Shown here one piece after another: positions 7,398 through 9,493 of a stretch of 9,493 nt of DNA. The stretch is from Octopus sinensis (taxonomy: Eukaryota), in NCBI RefSeq assembly GCF_006345805.1, contig NW_021827916.1:1-9493 (forward strand), in the 5' to 3' direction. Each line of letters begins with the position of its first letter. Positions within the stretch are counted from its first letter, which is position 1. A program made the translations under genes and the position numbers. The notes below the pieces were generated by a model. It was not told the origin of the DNA, did no database searches, and worked only from the letters and a program-made list of their open reading frames with translations.

Positions 7398-7575
7398 AGT
7401 CGCCATGATTCATCGCTAAATCCACATTTTTTTATATTCTTTCTGTTTATTTCCTCGTGTTCTTCTCTGTTGAAGAGCGTAGGCTCGAAACGTAAAAGAC
7501 TTCCTCACTTTCCTGGTCGTCTGCTTGTTGTTTATGCAGCCGTCTACATCTTTTCTTTTTCTGTAAATGTCAGCT
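7398..7575 (+). mobile_element. Short (TA)n-flanked element carrying a degenerate minimal hammerhead (Penelope-like terminal repeat?)
   Basis: Bounded by TA tracts, T-rich, contains CTGTTGA-A-GAGC-gtag-GCTC-GAAA-CG-TA at 7467-7494. Confidence 0.6.
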
Positions 7576-7602
7576 ATATGTATATATATATATATATATA
7601 TA

Positions 7603-7730
7603 TCAGCCGAAATTGCTACGATGATCCGGTTCTTGACTGAAGATTGAGGGCTTCGAATGTCCCGTCCGTGTTTTTTGTATCGTCTTCTAAGTGTTTTGCG
7701 TTCTTGTCCCAGTTTGTATTTTTCTACATA
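7603..7730 (+). repeat. Short (TA)n-flanked T-rich repeat fragment
   Basis: Bounded by TA and AAT tracts; T-rich 3' half like the neighbouring element; contains CTGAAGA at 7637-7643. Confidence 0.45.
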
Positions 7731-7852
7731 TAATAATAATAATAATAATATATATATATATATATATAACAAAATAATGAATAAAACATATGCATATATA
7801 CATACATATATGTACTTACCTACATCTATATGTATATATACATGCATATATA
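7729..7852. repeat. (AAT)n + (TA)n + degenerate (TACA)n low-complexity tract
   Basis: Direct inspection. Confidence 0.9.
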
Positions 7853-7854
7853 GC

Positions 7855-8011
7855 TACAGGACACCATAAAAAGAAGTATAACACAACGAAACGAAAACAT
7901 AAAAACAAAAACATGGAAACGGACTTTTTTCAAACAACGAAAAAACAGAGTACAGGACATACAATACAAGGAATATTCCCATTCTTCAGTTGCCCCTGTT
8001 TCGACTACTCC

Positions 8012-8012
<1 letters not shown>
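7855..8012 (-). repeat. Short (TA)n-flanked repeat fragment, opposite orientation
   Basis: A-rich on + (T-rich on -), bounded by TA tracts; internal direct repeat TACAGGACA (7855-7863, 7951-7959); minus-strand CTGAAGA at 7989-7983. Confidence 0.45.
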
Positions 8013-8048
<36 letters not shown>

Positions 8049-8054
8049 TATATA
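8013..8054. repeat. (TA)n microsatellite
   Basis: Direct inspection. Confidence 0.95.
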
Positions 8055-8511
8055 GCATAAATGATGGACAGATGGTTGTTAATACTTAATAAGATCTAAG
8101 TATGAATGTAATTAAGTAAACAGTGAAATCAGAGAAGTGCGTGTTCTTATGTATTATTCGCAGATAGGTAGATATCCTAGAGCACCATGCCGTAAAATGA
8201 TATATTAAAAGAGAGGGTATCCAAGTAGTCCTTTGAAGCAGTTCTTCAAACGTAGCCTGAACGGTACACATCAAATTCGAACTTGGAAAAAATAAGAAAA
8301 GTGATAAGAAAATCTTTACTGCTGTTTCAGGGTTTGACGTACATAAGTGCTGAGTTGTGGATTGTGAATGTATATGAAGTAGTTCAAATTTAAATTACGT
8401 TAACACTCATCTCTCATCGGATGCAGGGAAACGAAACATCTACGCTGTTGTATCCAACGCTTTTACATCTCTATGAATATTCCGCCTCGGATAAGACAAA
8501 AGAAATATATT

Positions 8512-8814
8512 GTAGAGGCACATGGCCTAGTGGTTAGAACAGCGGACTCGCGGTCGAGGGATCGCGGGTTCGAATCTCAGACCGGGCGATGTGTGTGTTT
8601 ATGAGCGAAAACACCTAAACTCCACGCGGCTCCGGCAGAAGGTAATGGCAAACTTCTGCTGACTCTTTCGCCACAACTTTCTCTCATTCTTTCCTCCTGC
8701 ATCTTGCAGCTTACCTGCGACGGACAGGCGTCCCGTCCAGGTGGGGAACCTATACGCCAAGGAAACCGGGAAACCGGCCCTTATGAGCCAGGCATGGCTC
8801 GAGAAGGAACAAAC
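8512..8814 (+). mobile_element. Full-length tRNA(Arg)-like SINE with a 13-bp target-site duplication
   Basis: A box TGGCCTAGTGG 8523-8533; B box GGTTCGAATCT 8567-8577; head resembles eukaryotic tRNA-Arg; short AAAC tail; perfect TSD AAAGAAATATATT at 8499-8511 and 8815-8827. Confidence 0.95.
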
Positions 8815-8994
8815 AAAGAAATATATTAACCGAAATACCTGGCAATTAGAATTAGTAAATCTTCGTTGTTAGTAGTATCATGAATAGAGAGTTGTTTTGC
8901 CTTGGACTCTTAATTACTGATAGAGTCGTTGAGACTCCTCGTGTTATATAGCGTGTCATGGGCGTTTTTTTATACGCCTGACGTAGCTCTTTCT

Positions 8995-9031
8995 TCTATA
9001 TTCAACATAGATCCTCTATATTCAACATAGA
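8995..9031 (+). repeat. Short tandem duplication (17 bp x2, period 20)
   Basis: TCTATATTCAACATAGA at 8995-9011 and 9015-9031. Confidence 0.9.
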
Positions 9032-9165
9032 CTGATACTATACTTTTCGACCCCCGAGAGAATCAAAGGAAAGACTGACTTCACAGTGTTGTAACTCAAG
9101 TGTGATGAGAAACAGAATGAAATAAGGCAAGACGATCGATCTAACGCACTAACGAAATGGTCAAT
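9031..9165 (-). mobile_element. Old, diverged copy of a third SINE family
   Basis: Minus strand contains CTTT-CCTTTGATTCTCTCGGGGGTCGAAAAGTATAGTATCAG, resembling the CTTTGCCTTTCATCCTTTCGGGGTCGATAAAATAAGTACCAG domain I recall from abundant octopus SINEs, preceded by a degenerate B box (TGAGTTACAAC). No second copy in the window to confirm. Confidence 0.55.
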
Positions 9166-9223
9166 ATTGTAACACCATCATTGATACAAGACTCCATTAA
9201 TTTTAGTTAAAAATTGACACGTC

Positions 9224-9266
9224 GACGACGACGATGATGATGATTATGATTATGATGAGGATGACG
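9224..9266. repeat. (GAC)/(GAT)n microsatellite
   Basis: Direct inspection. Confidence 0.9.
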
Positions 9267-9408
9267 AACATTTATGAATTTTACGTATTTTTTAATTATC
9301 CTTTTACGTTCTCCCTTATTATTTCATATCGGCCGAGATGTATTTTTTGTTTGTTTATGCATTTTCTATCTCTATCATTTCTTTCTTAGTTTTTATGCTT
9401 TCCATCAG

Positions 9409-9475
9409 TCTCTCTCTCCTCTCTCACACACACACACACACACGCACACACACACACACAAACACACACACACAA
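9409..9475. repeat. (CT)n(CA)n compound microsatellite
   Basis: Direct inspection. Confidence 0.96.
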
Positions 9476-9493
9476 TTCACACTAATTCCCTCT

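Noticed and set aside
7637-7665. CTGAAGA...CGAATGTC hammerhead-like motif
   Set aside because: GAAA is replaced by GAAT, stem II is marginal and no stem I forms; at best a decayed relic.
7416-8089. Overlapping ORFs of 143, 70 and 99 aa
   Set aside because: YI/IY-rich translations of TA tracts and repeat fragments.
8086-8283. 62-aa minus-strand ORF downstream of a pyrimidine tract + AAG
   Set aside because: Unrecognised peptide, non-preferred acceptor and no supporting exon context.
8515-8590. Possible tRNA-Arg gene
   Set aside because: Acceptor stem does not close, no poly-T terminator, and it continues into a SINE body with a TSD, so it is a SINE head.
8995-9031. Repeat-spacer-repeat as a CRISPR-like array
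   Set aside because: Only two 17-bp units with a 3-nt spacer in eukaryotic DNA; a simple local duplication.

Overview
AT-rich, microsatellite-dense eukaryotic non-coding DNA made up almost entirely of repeats. The SINE families match my recollection of octopus (cephalopod) repeats; that is an inference, not a search result. No intact protein-coding gene is supported, and most ORFs in the track are microsatellite or repeat artefacts. Recognisable content: (1) a decayed near-full-length mariner (DD34D) transposon at 284-1427; (2) an internally deleted mariner derivative with 30-bp TIRs and TA target sites at 2341-2901; (3) at least three tRNA-derived SINE families in several copies, including a full copy with a perfect 13-bp TSD at 8512-8814; (4) a 530-bp non-autonomous Helitron (TC...hairpin-CTAG, A|T insertion) nested in a SINE tail at 5898-6427; (5) short structured elements lodged in (TAA)n and (TA)n tracts. 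The most interesting signal is a type I hammerhead ribozyme fold with an unusually long stem I at 4126-4208. A second, degenerate minimal hammerhead lies at 7461-7500 in a (TA)n-flanked element, suggesting Penelope-like/retrozyme-type self-cleaving retroelements.
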